57,179 bases of DNA from Candidatus Micrarchaeota archaeon. Lineage in GTDB: Archaea; Micrarchaeota; Micrarchaeia; Norongarragalinales; JAPLXB01. The stretch is taken from NCBI GenBank assembly GCA_026396285.1, contig JAPLXB010000027.1, positions 1 through 57,179 on the forward strand, in the 5' to 3' direction. The notes beneath the pieces are model-generated. The model saw only the letters and a list, made by a program, of their open reading frames with translations, did not search any database and was not told the DNA's origin. Below, one piece after another: positions 8,755 through 16,967 of the stretch (positions are counted from its first letter, which is position 1; each line of letters begins with the position of its first letter). The translations under genes were made by a program, and so were the position numbers.

Positions 8755-8799
8755 GCGAGAATTATTAAGCCGTTCAAAGTTTTAATTCCTTGTGAAAGC

Positions 8800-9312
8800 A
8801 TGATTTGCGTCCTTAGACTGGGCCACAGGAAGGCCCGCGATAAGCGCGTGACTACTCACGTCGCCCTGGTTGCGCGCGCGTTCGGCGCGGACAAGGTGAT
8901 GCTCAGCGGCGAGAGGGATGACGCGGTTGTGGAGAGCATAAAAAAGGTTTCAAAAAAATGGGGCGGACGGTTCTCGGCGCGCTATGAAAAGAACTGGAAA
9001 AAAGCCCTGCGCGGATTCAAGGGAACGACGGTCCACTTGACCATGTACGGCCTGCCTCTCTGCGATGTCGTTGGAAAGCTGCGGGGACAAAAAAACATGA
9101 TGGTGATAGTGGGCGCAGAGAAGGTCCCGCGCGAGGTATACTCGCTTGCCGACTTCAACGTGAGTGTCACAAGCCAGCCGCACAGCGAGGTCGCGGCGCT
9201 GGCCGTGTTCCTGCATGAATTTTTTTCCGGCAAGGAGTTGGACAAAAAGTTCGGTGGCGCCGAAATAATACTCGAGCCGTCGGCAAAAGGAAAGAAATTC
9301 GCTCGGAAATAG
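8800..9312 (+). CDS. trm56: tRNA (cytidine56-2'-O)-methyltransferase aTrm56 (SPOUT)
   Basis: The [31 protein letters not shown]-terminus and ~170 aa length are typical of aTrm56. The upstream part of the 293-aa track ORF covers the tRNA-Lys gene and is not coding. Confidence 0.85.
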   Translation: MICVLRLGHRKARDKRVTTHVALVARAFGADKVMLSGERDDAVVESIKKVSKKWGGRFSARYEKNWKKALRGFKGTTVHLTMYGLPLCDVVGKLRGQKNMMVIVGAEKVPREVYSLADFNVSVTSQPHSEVAALAVFLHEFFSGKELDKKFGGAEIILEPSAKGKKFARK

Positions 9313-9325
9313 TAGTAAACCAAGG

Positions 9326-9333
9326 TATAAATA
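9326..9333 (+). promoter_or_regulatory. TATA box for tfe (near-leaderless transcript)
   Basis: TATAAATA lies 24 nt upstream of the tfe ATG, with an A/T-rich flank. Confidence 0.5.
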
Positions 9334-9356
9334 TTTTTTGCCACACAGATGCTGGT

Positions 9357-9887
9357 ATGCCGAAACAACTCCCTTCCCACCGCTACCTAAAACAATTCAT
9401 CACAGAGGTGACGGGCGACCGCGGCTTGAAGGTCGCCACGTGCGTCGGCGACGGCGCCACTGACGAGAAGATAGAACAAAAGACGGGCATCAAGATTGCC
9501 GAAGTCCGGTCAATATTGAACCACTTGCATAGCTTCGGCATCGTCGAATACCTGCGGGAAAAGAACCTTTCAAACGGCTGGTTTACCTACACCTGGAAGC
9601 TTAACGGCGACCGGGCGCTGCAGAACTTCATTCTATTCAAGAAAAAGGAGCAGGAAACCCTGAGGAAAAAGCTCGCCGAGGAGGCCGGCGTCCTGTTCTA
9701 CAAATGCCGCAAGGGCTGTTCGCGGCTGCCGTTCGAGCAGGCGATGGACAAGCAGTTCCGGTGCCCGCAGTGCAAGTCACTCATGCACCACGTGCGGCCG
9801 CACGATGAATTGAGGAAACTTGAGGATAGACTAATTTCATTGGAGAAAATCACTTCAGCGGAAAACCTTTTGATGAAAAGGGACTGA
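9357..9887 (+). CDS. tfe: transcription factor E (TFIIE alpha homologue)
   Basis: N-terminal winged helix (IAEVRSILNHLHSFGIVEY...WFTYTWKLN) followed by the zinc ribbon CRKGCSRLPFEQAMDKQFRCPQCKS. Confidence 0.85.
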   Translation: MPKQLPSHRYLKQFITEVTGDRGLKVATCVGDGATDEKIEQKTGIKIAEVRSILNHLHSFGIVEYLREKNLSNGWFTYTWKLNGDRALQNFILFKKKEQETLRKKLAEEAGVLFYKCRKGCSRLPFEQAMDKQFRCPQCKSLMHHVRPHDELRKLEDRLISLEKITSAENLLMKRD

Positions 9888-9985
9888 CGCGCGGCAGGCG
9901 CTTTTGAATTATTGCGGGAAGCGCGCCTTTGGCGACCAGAAACAATATTAAGCCACGGCCGCACTTTTTGTTGAAACCTGTTTTT

Positions 9986-10103
9986 AGCGGGGTAGGGTAG
10001 CCAGGAGTGCCCGCTGGGCTCATAACCCGGAACGGAAAACGCGCCCTGATTTTGAAGGCGTTTTTTCGCGGGAAGACCGGTGGTTCAAATCCACCCCCCG
10101 CTA
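9986..10103 (+). tRNA. initiator tRNA-Met (CAU) with a ~43-nt intron at a non-canonical position (43/44, start of variable loop)
   Basis: A1:U72 acceptor AGCGGGG/CCCCGCU, D arm GGGU...GCCC, and anticodon stem CUGGG/CCCGG with three G:C pairs next to loop CUCAUAA. 10031-10073 interrupts the sequence before AGACC and T arm GGUGG-UUCAAAU-CCACC. Confidence 0.8.
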
Positions 10104-10170
10104 TACCTTTTTACCAACCGCCAGCGCGCAGGCTGCGGGCGTTACAGACAAAACAGGCTGTGCGGGGGAA

Positions 10171-10503
10171 TTAAATCGGCGCCATTCCCCTGCGGTAGCG
10201 GTATGAGTACGGGGCCGCCTGCGGCTTTTCCCCTGCCGGCGCCTCTTCCTCCGCGGTTTCCTCTGCGGCGCTTGGCGAAATTATGAGTATCTTGCCGGCC
10301 GCTTTCACGCTCTTGTAAAGGACGGTTTTTTCCCTGAAAACGCGCTTGGCATCCTCCTTGCTCGTGACTTTTATCGGCTCGAGCGTCAGGCGGACCACTT
10401 CTCCCTTCTGGAGGTCGATTATAACATCAAACACTTTCCCGACATACTGCGCAGTGTCGGTGTAAACATCCATTCCCATTAGTTGAGAAATTTTCAGAGT
10501 CAT
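10171..10503 (-). CDS. PRC-barrel domain protein
   Basis: ISQLMGMDVYTDTAQYVGKVFDVIIDLQKGEVVRL is a typical PRC-barrel N-terminus. The tail is acidic and Ala-rich. Confidence 0.6.
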   Translation of the reverse strand: MTLKISQLMGMDVYTDTAQYVGKVFDVIIDLQKGEVVRLTLEPIKVTSKEDAKRVFREKTVLYKSVKAAGKILIISPSAAEETAEEEAPAGEKPQAAPYSYRYRRGMAPI

Positions 10504-10560
10504 ACGATCACCTTACCACGTTTTTTGGCCAGCGGGTTTTTTAACCTTACCGCAGGCGCC

Positions 10561-10965
10561 TCACACTGCCCGCAGGTCAATTATTTTTTTCACTTCACCG
10601 AGTATGTGGCCGTAGTCGCGGTAGTGGGACAAAGCGTAAACTTTTACAGGATAATTCCCGGGCGGAGTTCTCGCAGTGCCCCATAACTTGAGCGTCATGT
10701 CGCGCGCCTCGCCGTGCTGGAGCATCCCGAGCCGGATTTCCTTTTCCCGTGACAGGGCAGTCTGGTCGAAACCCAGCAGTTTCGGGACGACTACAACCAG
10801 TGACGTAAGTAGTTCCTTTCCGGACGTGTTCTTGGCCTTCACTTCCAGTTCGACGTAGTCGCTCTTGTGCGCCGGAAGCCGGTAGGGGTGCGCTTCGCAG
10901 TGGAGGGAGTAATAACCGGTCGTTTCCTGGACGCGTCCACCGCGCAATAAGTCAAGCAAACCCAT
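10561..10965 (-). CDS. hypothetical protein
   Basis: ORF with no recognisable motif. ATG 10965 is preceded by AGGTG at -6, while the longer track start 11025 is a TTG that overlaps the upstream gene. Confidence 0.45.
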   Translation of the reverse strand: MGLLDLLRGGRVQETTGYYSLHCEAHPYRLPAHKSDYVELEVKAKNTSGKELLTSLVVVVPKLLGFDQTALSREKEIRLGMLQHGEARDMTLKLWGTARTPPGNYPVKVYALSHYRDYGHILGEVKKIIDLRAV

Positions 10966-10997
10966 GAAAACACCTAAGAAGGTCGCGCGCAGTGTTT

Positions 10998-11390
10998 TTA
11001 ATTCTTTATCCAGCGGCTCCACCAATTGGCGTACTCGCCGAGGGCGTCGGAAAAGCCGGGGCTGAGGCGGTATTCCGGGCCGTTTTCCCCGTTTTTTTCA
11101 ATCAACCCCGAGCGCTCGAGGGCGAGGCACAGTAGGTATAACGTGCTTTTCCCCGCACCGAGGGTTTTCGCGAGTTCGCTGAAACGGGTTGGTTTTTTCT
11201 TCAGCGCGTCCAAGAGCCGGGCCGCCAGCTGCTTTTTCGTGTGCGAAAAGTAGAACGAGTCGGTTATGAAGTCGTATGTCGTGAACTGGCCGCCCTTGAT
11301 TTTTTCAACTTCTTCCTTCCTCACGCGGAAATAGGCGTAGCACTGGCTCTTCTGCTTCTGGTAGTGCGGCCGCGTCCTGCCAGTGCGCAT
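10998..11390 (-). CDS. winged-helix (ArsR/TrmB-like) DNA-binding protein
   Basis: ARLLDALKKKPTRFSELAKTLGAGKSTLYLLCLALERSGLIEKNGE..YRLS is an HTH plus wing pattern. ATG at 11390. Confidence 0.55.
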   Translation of the reverse strand: MRTGRTRPHYQKQKSQCYAYFRVRKEEVEKIKGGQFTTYDFITDSFYFSHTKKQLAARLLDALKKKPTRFSELAKTLGAGKSTLYLLCLALERSGLIEKNGENGPEYRLSPGFSDALGEYANWWSRWIKN

Positions 11391-11440
11391 GAATTCGTTG
11401 CGATGCAAGGGTTAAATAATTTGCTTGAAAATAACGGAAC

Positions 11441-11590
11441 ATGGCTTTCCACGCTGAGAAAAAAGAGTTCACGGAAATAACCAAATGCCCGGACTGCGGC
11501 GGAACCGAATTCATAATGGATTGGAAGAAGAAGGAAAAAATCTGCAGCAAGTGTGGGCTTGTCGTTGGAAGGATTTTCAAGCCGCACTGA
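11441..11590 (+). CDS. stand-alone TFIIB/TFB-type zinc-ribbon mini-protein (49 aa)
   Basis: Not in the ORF track (<60 aa). The translation is MAFHAEKKEFTEITKCPDCGGTEFIMDWKKKEKICSKCGLVVGRIFKPH. CPxCG-x14-CxxCGlV matches the TFB N-terminal ribbon, and no cyclin-fold core follows. Confidence 0.55.
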   Translation: MAFHAEKKEFTEITKCPDCGGTEFIMDWKKKEKICSKCGLVVGRIFKPH

Positions 11591-11658
11591 AACCCGGCAC
11601 GCGGCCCACGCCGACGGGTGCAGACACCCCGCAGTTCCACTAATTGCGGTTTTGGCGG

Positions 11659-12171
11659 TTAGGGTTTGGTTTGGGTGCGGTAAGCGCCGCAGTAAACCGC
11701 GGAACCCCTTAATTCCTCGAAAACAACCTGGCAGATTTTGAGCCCTGGCTTAAGGCGCAGCTTGTTTGGGGACATGTTGACTATCTCTAAAACCTGGTTG
11801 TTGTCCACCCCCGGCTGTATAAGGCTTGAACTCAAATGAACCGCCAGGCCGAGGCGCGCGAACCGGGTTCTGCCGTCTATTCGCGCGCACAAATACGTTG
11901 GTAGCTTGATTTTTTCAACAGTCACACCCAAAACCAATTCTTTTGGTTTTATTGAGATTCCTTCCTTCCCGGTATAAATTATTTCAGACTGTCCGTCTGG
12001 CGTCGTGTCTTCGCTTATGTCAATCGTTTTCTTTTTGTTTTTGAATACCCTGAAAACGTTCCCTAAACGCAAGTCAATGGAACAGGGTCCGATGTTTTTT
12101 TTGTCAAAAGGGGTTACGGTTATTTCGCCTTTATTAAGTGCTTTTAGTATTTCTTTTTTTGAAAGAATCAA
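11659..12171 (-). CDS. dcd: dCTP deaminase / dUTPase-superfamily enzyme
   Basis: MILSKKEILKAL..GEITVTPFD...GPCSIDLRLG, then ARIDGRTRFARLGL and VLEIVN. TTG start. Confidence 0.88.
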   Translation of the reverse strand: MILSKKEILKALNKGEITVTPFDKKNIGPCSIDLRLGNVFRVFKNKKKTIDISEDTTPDGQSEIIYTGKEGISIKPKELVLGVTVEKIKLPTYLCARIDGRTRFARLGLAVHLSSSLIQPGVDNNQVLEIVNMSPNKLRLKPGLKICQVVFEELRGSAVYCGAYRTQTKP

Positions 12172-12217
12172 ACAACCACGAATACGTTTATTTACTGGGT
12201 TTTTTTAACTCCCTTTC

Positions 12218-12595
12218 ATGCCCGTTTTCATCAAGAAAAACGCGCTTCTAAGCTGCCTGCAAGGAGCGAAAAACCTCCACCCACACGAGTTTTTGGGTCT
12301 TCTCCGGGGTTTAGTGGAACTGAGGGGGGTGGTGGTTACAGAACTCGTACTTGCGCCGCTTTCAGACTATACGGAACAAGAATCGTCTTTTTCCCCCTGG
12401 TTCCTTCCGTCAGACCCTTCGATAATAGGCTCTTTTCACTCCCACCCAACGTACGGCAGAAAACCGTCAAAAGCCGACTTGGCTTTCTTTTCGCGGTCCG
12501 GGAGAATCCATTTAATTGCCTCCCTGCCGTACTCAATTGGCTCAGTAGCCGCGTATGGAAGCGACGGGAAACAAATGGAACTGGTTGTTGAATGA
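12218..12595 (+). CDS. minimal JAMM/MPN+ metalloprotease (stand-alone, 125 aa)
   Basis: HPHEFLGLLRG supplies the catalytic Glu, and GSFHSHPTYGRKPSKADLAFF gives the HxHx7Sx2D zinc motif. Confidence 0.8.
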   Translation: MPVFIKKNALLSCLQGAKNLHPHEFLGLLRGLVELRGVVVTELVLAPLSDYTEQESSFSPWFLPSDPSIIGSFHSHPTYGRKPSKADLAFFSRSGRIHLIASLPYSIGSVAAYGSDGKQMELVVE

Positions 12596-12863
12596 ATTGC
12601 ACGGGGGTTTGGTTTTGCCGCGCGTAATCAATTTGTGCTTTTCGTGCAGGTTCGGGTGGCTCGGCGAAGAGACTGGGAAAGCGTTACCCTGCCCCAAGTG
12701 CCATGGCGCGAACACTTCCTTCACAAAGGAGTTGAAAACCGCGGAACCCCGGCTTGGCCGCCAGGCGTTCGAGGAACTGGTCGCGGCCGCGTTGAAGGAC
12801 CCGGAGCTAAAGAAATTAAACGCAGCTTACCTGCCGCTTTTCTGGAAGTTAAAGAGGTGCTAG
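12555..12863 (+). CDS. small zinc-ribbon protein (start uncertain)
   Basis: CFSC-x17-CPKC four-Cys ribbon followed by a helical tail. The track start overlaps the JAMM gene by 41 nt, so the true start is probably an internal TTG/GTG. Confidence 0.4.
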   Translation: MEATGNKWNWLLNELHGGLVLPRVINLCFSCRFGWLGEETGKALPCPKCHGANTSFTKELKTAEPRLGRQAFEELVAAALKDPELKKLNAAYLPLFWKLKRC

Positions 12864-12864
12864 G

Positions 12865-14133
12865 ATGAAAATAACCCGCGTTTGCGCCCGCGAAGTCCTG
12901 GACTCGCGCGGCAACCCGACGGTTGAAGCCGAAGTAGGAACCGCCAACGGGGTTTTCAGAGCCATCGTTCCGTCAGGCGCGTCGACAGGAAGCAACGAGG
13001 CGCTGGAACTGAGGGATGGAGGGAAACGGTATGGCGGGAAAGGCGTGCTGAACGCGGTAGGCAACGTCAACAACATGATTTCAAAGAAAATCACGGGAAT
13101 GGACTGCTGCAACCAGGAAGGAATAGACGCGGAAATGATTGAACTCGACGGGACGCCGAACAAGGGCGCCCTCGGCGCAAACGCCATCCTAGGGGTTTCC
13201 ATGGCTGCCGCAAAGGCGGGCGCGGCCGCGACAGGCCTCCGGCTCTACGCGTATCTTGGCAAACTCGCCAAACGCAGCCCGACAACAATGCCGGTTCCGC
13301 AATTGAACGTGATGAACGGCGGCAAGCACGCCGGCCTTGAGAACGACATCCAGGAACAGATGTTCATGCCGGTAGGCGCCCGGTCATTCAGGGAAGCGCT
13401 GCGCTTTTCAACCGAGGCGTACCACGCCCTGAAGGCAATTTTAAAGAAAAAATTCGGGGCGCAAGCGACGCTGCTGGGCGACGAGGGCGGGTTCGTTCCA
13501 CCCCAGTTGAGCACGGTTGAAGACCGCCTCGAAGTCATGGCCGCTGCCTTACTGGAAAGCGGGTACGAGAAAAAAATAGTGTTCGCAGTGGACGCCGCTT
13601 CCACCGAGTTCCACCGGGACGGCGCTTATTTCATCGGGGAGAAGAAATACTCCGCCGGGGAACTGGTTGATTTTTACAAGTCCCTTGCTTCGGCGTATCC
13701 GGTAGTTTCGCTTGAGGACGGGATGGCCGAAGACGACTGGGGCGGTTGGGCGGAACTGACGAAGAAGTTGGGCAAGAAAATCCAGATAGTCGGGGACGAC
13801 CTCCTCGTCACGAACCCGGCGAGGATACGGCACGCAGTCGCTGGCAAAGCAGCCAATTCGCTGCTGTTGAAACTTAACCAGATCGGGACCGTTTCCGAAT
13901 CAATAGAAGCGGCCAAACTGGCGTTTGACGCCGGGTGGAGCGTCGTTGTTTCCCACCGCTCGGGCGAATCGGAGGACAGTTTCATATCAGACTTGGTGGT
14001 TGGGCTCGGCGCGGGGCAGAGCAAGTTCGGTGCGCCTGCCCGCAGCGACCGGAACGCGAAATACAACCAGTTGCTGAGGATAGAGGAAGGCTTGGGGCGG
14101 AAAGCAAGATACCCTGGAAGGAAGTTCAGATGA
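12865..14133 (+). CDS. eno: enolase
   Basis: REVLDSRGNPTVE, SGASTG..EA.ELRD, VGDDL.VTN, LLLK.NQIGT..E and SHRSGE motifs. AGAGGTG RBS upstream. Confidence 0.97.
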   Translation: MKITRVCAREVLDSRGNPTVEAEVGTANGVFRAIVPSGASTGSNEALELRDGGKRYGGKGVLNAVGNVNNMISKKITGMDCCNQEGIDAEMIELDGTPNKGALGANAILGVSMAAAKAGAAATGLRLYAYLGKLAKRSPTTMPVPQLNVMNGGKHAGLENDIQEQMFMPVGARSFREALRFSTEAYHALKAILKKKFGAQATLLGDEGGFVPPQLSTVEDRLEVMAAALLESGYEKKIVFAVDAASTEFHRDGAYFIGEKKYSAGELVDFYKSLASAYPVVSLEDGMAEDDWGGWAELTKKLGKKIQIVGDDLLVTNPARIRHAVAGKAANSLLLKLNQIGTVSESIEAAKLAFDAGWSVVVSHRSGESEDSFISDLVVGLGAGQSKFGAPARSDRNAKYNQLLRIEEGLGRKARYPGRKFR

Positions 14134-15656
14134 ACGTGGTAAGGCCGGTCGTCCTAATCGTAATGGACGGCTGGGGCGTCAGCACGAGAAAGAAAGGCAA
14201 CGCCATCGCCGCAGCGAAGACCCCCCGCTTCAACAGCCTCTGGAAAAAATACCCGCATACTTTCCTCTGCGCTTCGGGCGAATGCGTGGGCCTTCCCAAG
14301 GGAAGCCAAGGCAGCAGCGAAGTCGGCCACCTCAACATGGGCGCAGGCAGGATAGTCCGCCAGTCGCTCGGGAGGATAAACAAGGCCATTGAAGACAAGT
14401 CGTTTTCCAAGAACAAGGCGTTCAACGACGCGTTTGAAAACTGCAGGAAACACAAGTCCGCGCTGCATCTGATGGGCTTGGTCCAGGACCAGGGCGTCCA
14501 CGCCCACCAAGACCACTTGTTTGCCCTCATCCGCCTGGCGGCAGCGTGCGGCGTTTCCAGCGTATGGGTCCACTTTTTTTCAGACGGCCGCGACACCCCG
14601 CCAAAGAGCTCGCTGAAGTTCCTGAACCGGCTTGAGGCAGAGATGAAAAAAAGCAGGAGTGGAGAGATTGGAACGGTGATGGGGCGGTATTACTCAATGG
14701 ACCGGGACAACCGCTGGGAACGGACCGAGAAAGCATATGAAGCGCTGGTAAACGCTTGCGGGCAAAGGACTGCGACTGCGAGGGAAGCAATTGCCGCGGC
14801 GTACGCGCGGGGGGAGACGGACGAATTCATTTCGCCGACGATAGTGGGCGGGTTCGAGGGCATTGCAAAAAACGATTCGGTGATTTTCTTCAACTACCGC
14901 CTCGACCGGACGAGGCAGCTTACGAAAGCGTTTGTCGAACCGAAGTTCGGCGGCTTTCAGCGCCGGCGCGCCGGAGTTTTTTTCGTGTGCATGACCGAAT
15001 ACTACGCGGGCGTTCCGGCGCGGGTGGCGTTCCCGCCGGAGAACATGAAAAACCTTTTCGGCCAGGTTGTTGCCGCGCGCGGCCTGAGGCAGCTGCGGGT
15101 TTCGGAAACAGAGAAGTACGCGCACGTCACCTTCTTCTTCAACGGCCAAATAGAGAAGCCCAACAAGGGCGAGGACCGCGTCATGGTCCCGAGCCCCAAG
15201 GTCCCGACCTACGACTTGGAGCCGGGGATGAGCGCGCCGCAGGTGACGACAAAGCTGGTGGAAGCAGTGAAATCCGATAGGTATGACGTTGTAATCTGCA
15301 ACATCGTCAACTGCGACATGGTCGGGCACACGGGGGTCTGGAAGGCGGTGCTGAAAGCAGTGGAAACGGTTGATGATTCAATCGGGAAAATAACCGAGGC
15401 AGTCAAAAGCGCCGGCGGCGCAGCGATAATCACCGCGGACCACGGCAACGCCGAGAAAAAGGTTGACGCGCGCGGCAACGTACTGACCGCCCACACAACT
15501 AACAAGGTTCCGTTCATTCTAGTCTGCGACCGGCCGGAGTTGAAGCGCGCCCGGCTGCGGCGCGGCGTGCTGGCCGACGTTTCGCCAACGATGCTGCAAT
15601 TGCTTGGGATTCCAAAGCCCAAGGAAATGACCGCGCGTTCGCTGGTAGTTGGTTGA
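14130..15656 (+). CDS. gpmI: 2,3-bisphosphoglycerate-independent phosphoglycerate mutase, bacterial GpmI type
   Basis: PVVLIVMDGWG, GSSEVGHLNMGAGR, HLMGLVQDQGVHAH, FSDGRDTPP, CNIVNCDMVGHTG and ITADHGNAE. The ATG overlaps the eno stop (ATGA). The upstream part of the track ORF lies inside eno. Confidence 0.93.
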   Translation: MNVVRPVVLIVMDGWGVSTRKKGNAIAAAKTPRFNSLWKKYPHTFLCASGECVGLPKGSQGSSEVGHLNMGAGRIVRQSLGRINKAIEDKSFSKNKAFNDAFENCRKHKSALHLMGLVQDQGVHAHQDHLFALIRLAAACGVSSVWVHFFSDGRDTPPKSSLKFLNRLEAEMKKSRSGEIGTVMGRYYSMDRDNRWERTEKAYEALVNACGQRTATAREAIAAAYARGETDEFISPTIVGGFEGIAKNDSVIFFNYRLDRTRQLTKAFVEPKFGGFQRRRAGVFFVCMTEYYAGVPARVAFPPENMKNLFGQVVAARGLRQLRVSETEKYAHVTFFFNGQIEKPNKGEDRVMVPSPKVPTYDLEPGMSAPQVTTKLVEAVKSDRYDVVICNIVNCDMVGHTGVWKAVLKAVETVDDSIGKITEAVKSAGGAAIITADHGNAEKKVDARGNVLTAHTTNKVPFILVCDRPELKRARLRRGVLADVSPTMLQLLGIPKPKEMTARSLVVG

Positions 15657-15701
15657 AAAAAAGGGAAAAACCGCGCCCGCCCAACCGCGCTTTTTGGCGT
15701 C

Positions 15702-15902
15702 TCAGGTCTTGAGTGAAGAACCGGTCGTGATCAGGATTATTCCCATTATGAAGAAAATCCCGTCCTGGATCTGGCCAAGGGTCGCTGCGCCGATGCCCTG
15801 GGTCGCAAGCTTGTACAGTTCGTAGGCCAGCGTTATTATCCCGAACGCTATAAGGATGTCTCCCCACAGCGGCCGCGGAAGTCCTTCAACAGGCATGCTC
15901 AA
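15702..15902 (-). CDS. small two-TM membrane protein
   Basis: Two hydrophobic segments: ILIAFGIITLAYELY and GIFFIMGIILITTG. Confidence 0.45.
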   Translation of the reverse strand: MSMPVEGLPRPLWGDILIAFGIITLAYELYKLATQGIGAATLGQIQDGIFFIMGIILITTGSSLKT

Positions 15903-15913
15903 TCACCTTATGC

Positions 15914-16465
15914 TCATTTTTTTCTTTTCCCGGCTTTTTTCGCCTTCTTTGCAGGCCTTGTTTTTGCCGGCGCTGCTTTCTTTTTGGCCTTTTTCTTGGC
16001 CGTCGCCGCAGCCTTGGGTCTTTTAGCCATGGCTTTTTTCGCCAAGGCCCTGAATTTATTCTCCGCCGCCGCGGCTTTCTTATCGGCCAACTTCTTTACG
16101 GCATCGCTTTTCTTGAGCGCGCCCGCGAGTTTTTCAACATGCTTGTCAAGCGCGGCGAACTTCTTTTCCATCAGCTGCTTTATTTTTGACGAGTTGTCCT
16201 CGGCTTCCTTGAGCGCGCTTATCGCTTTTTTGTTTTCCTGCGACAAGTCGTCTATTTTCTTGAGCAGTTTGGAGTTGCTCTGCTCCATGCCCGTGTTTAC
16301 TTTTTTGAAAATCTTAACCTCGTCGTCGAGGTTCTTTATCCGGGCTTCGCGCTGCTCCTTCTCATCCTGCGCCCGGGCTTTTTCCTCCTCAAGCATCTCG
16401 TTCAACAGCTCCAAGTCTTCTTGGCGCACGTAACCCATTTTTTGCATCATTCCTTCAAACACCAC
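15914..16465 (-). CDS. coiled-coil protein with Lys/Ala-rich histone-H1-like basic tail
   Basis: Heptad-like E/K-rich body. The last ~60 aa are KKAAAAENKF..AKKAMAKRPKAAATAKKKAKKKAAPAKTRPAKKAKKAGKRKK. Confidence 0.55.
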   Translation of the reverse strand: MVFEGMMQKMGYVRQEDLELLNEMLEEEKARAQDEKEQREARIKNLDDEVKIFKKVNTGMEQSNSKLLKKIDDLSQENKKAISALKEAEDNSSKIKQLMEKKFAALDKHVEKLAGALKKSDAVKKLADKKAAAAENKFRALAKKAMAKRPKAAATAKKKAKKKAAPAKTRPAKKAKKAGKRKK

Positions 16466-16619
16466 GTAAATCCCCCTGCGTCATTACTTCAATCCTTTTT
16501 AAATATTTATTGTAAAGCCGGCAACGGCGGTTTCTGCCCGGGTTTCCCGGTCTTCTAAGCCGCCAGCAATTGTTTTTTTAAACCACCGGTTAAAGTGGTT
16601 AATCTGCGTGGTTTTTCAC

Positions 16620-16967
16620 ATGGCTGGGGAACTCGACGAGGAACGCCCCGACGAACTCGGGGAGGGCGATTTGGAGGAGCAGCTGTTCGGGGACGAATAC
16701 GAAGACAGCCAGCACGAGAACACTGCGCCGGCAACCAAAGATCCCGGGATAACGGTCAAGAAATACTTGTGCTCACGCTGCGGCAAGACGATGCGCGAAG
16801 TCGTTCGCCTGATTCCACCAGCCCACTGCGGAGTCCCCATGCGGGAAGTAACGGAATACGGCCAGGACAGCTCGTTTCCGGAGATAGTCTTGGAAAAGTC
16901 CTCGGCCGGGAAGGCGAGAGCCGCGAAGCCCGCGCTCGGCCGGAAGAAGGGGAAATCACGGGCCTAG
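16620..16967 (+). CDS. hypothetical protein (acidic N-terminus, CxxC...HC segment, basic tail)
   Basis: MAGELDEERPDELGEGDLEE...CSRCGKTMREVVRLIPPAHCGVPM. The ATG at 16620 lies inside the track ORF. Confidence 0.45.
   Translation: MAGELDEERPDELGEGDLEEQLFGDEYEDSQHENTAPATKDPGITVKKYLCSRCGKTMREVVRLIPPAHCGVPMREVTEYGQDSSFPEIVLEKSSAGKARAAKPALGRKKGKSRA

Noticed and set aside
8431-8799. N-terminal 123 aa of the 293-aa track ORF
   Set aside because: It runs antisense through the tRNA-Lys gene and non-coding spacer. The recognisable aTrm56 sequence begins only at ATG 8800.
13935-14129. 5' extension of the gpmI ORF
   Set aside because: It lies entirely inside the well-supported enolase gene in another frame. 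The canonical iPGM N-terminus starts at ATG 14130.
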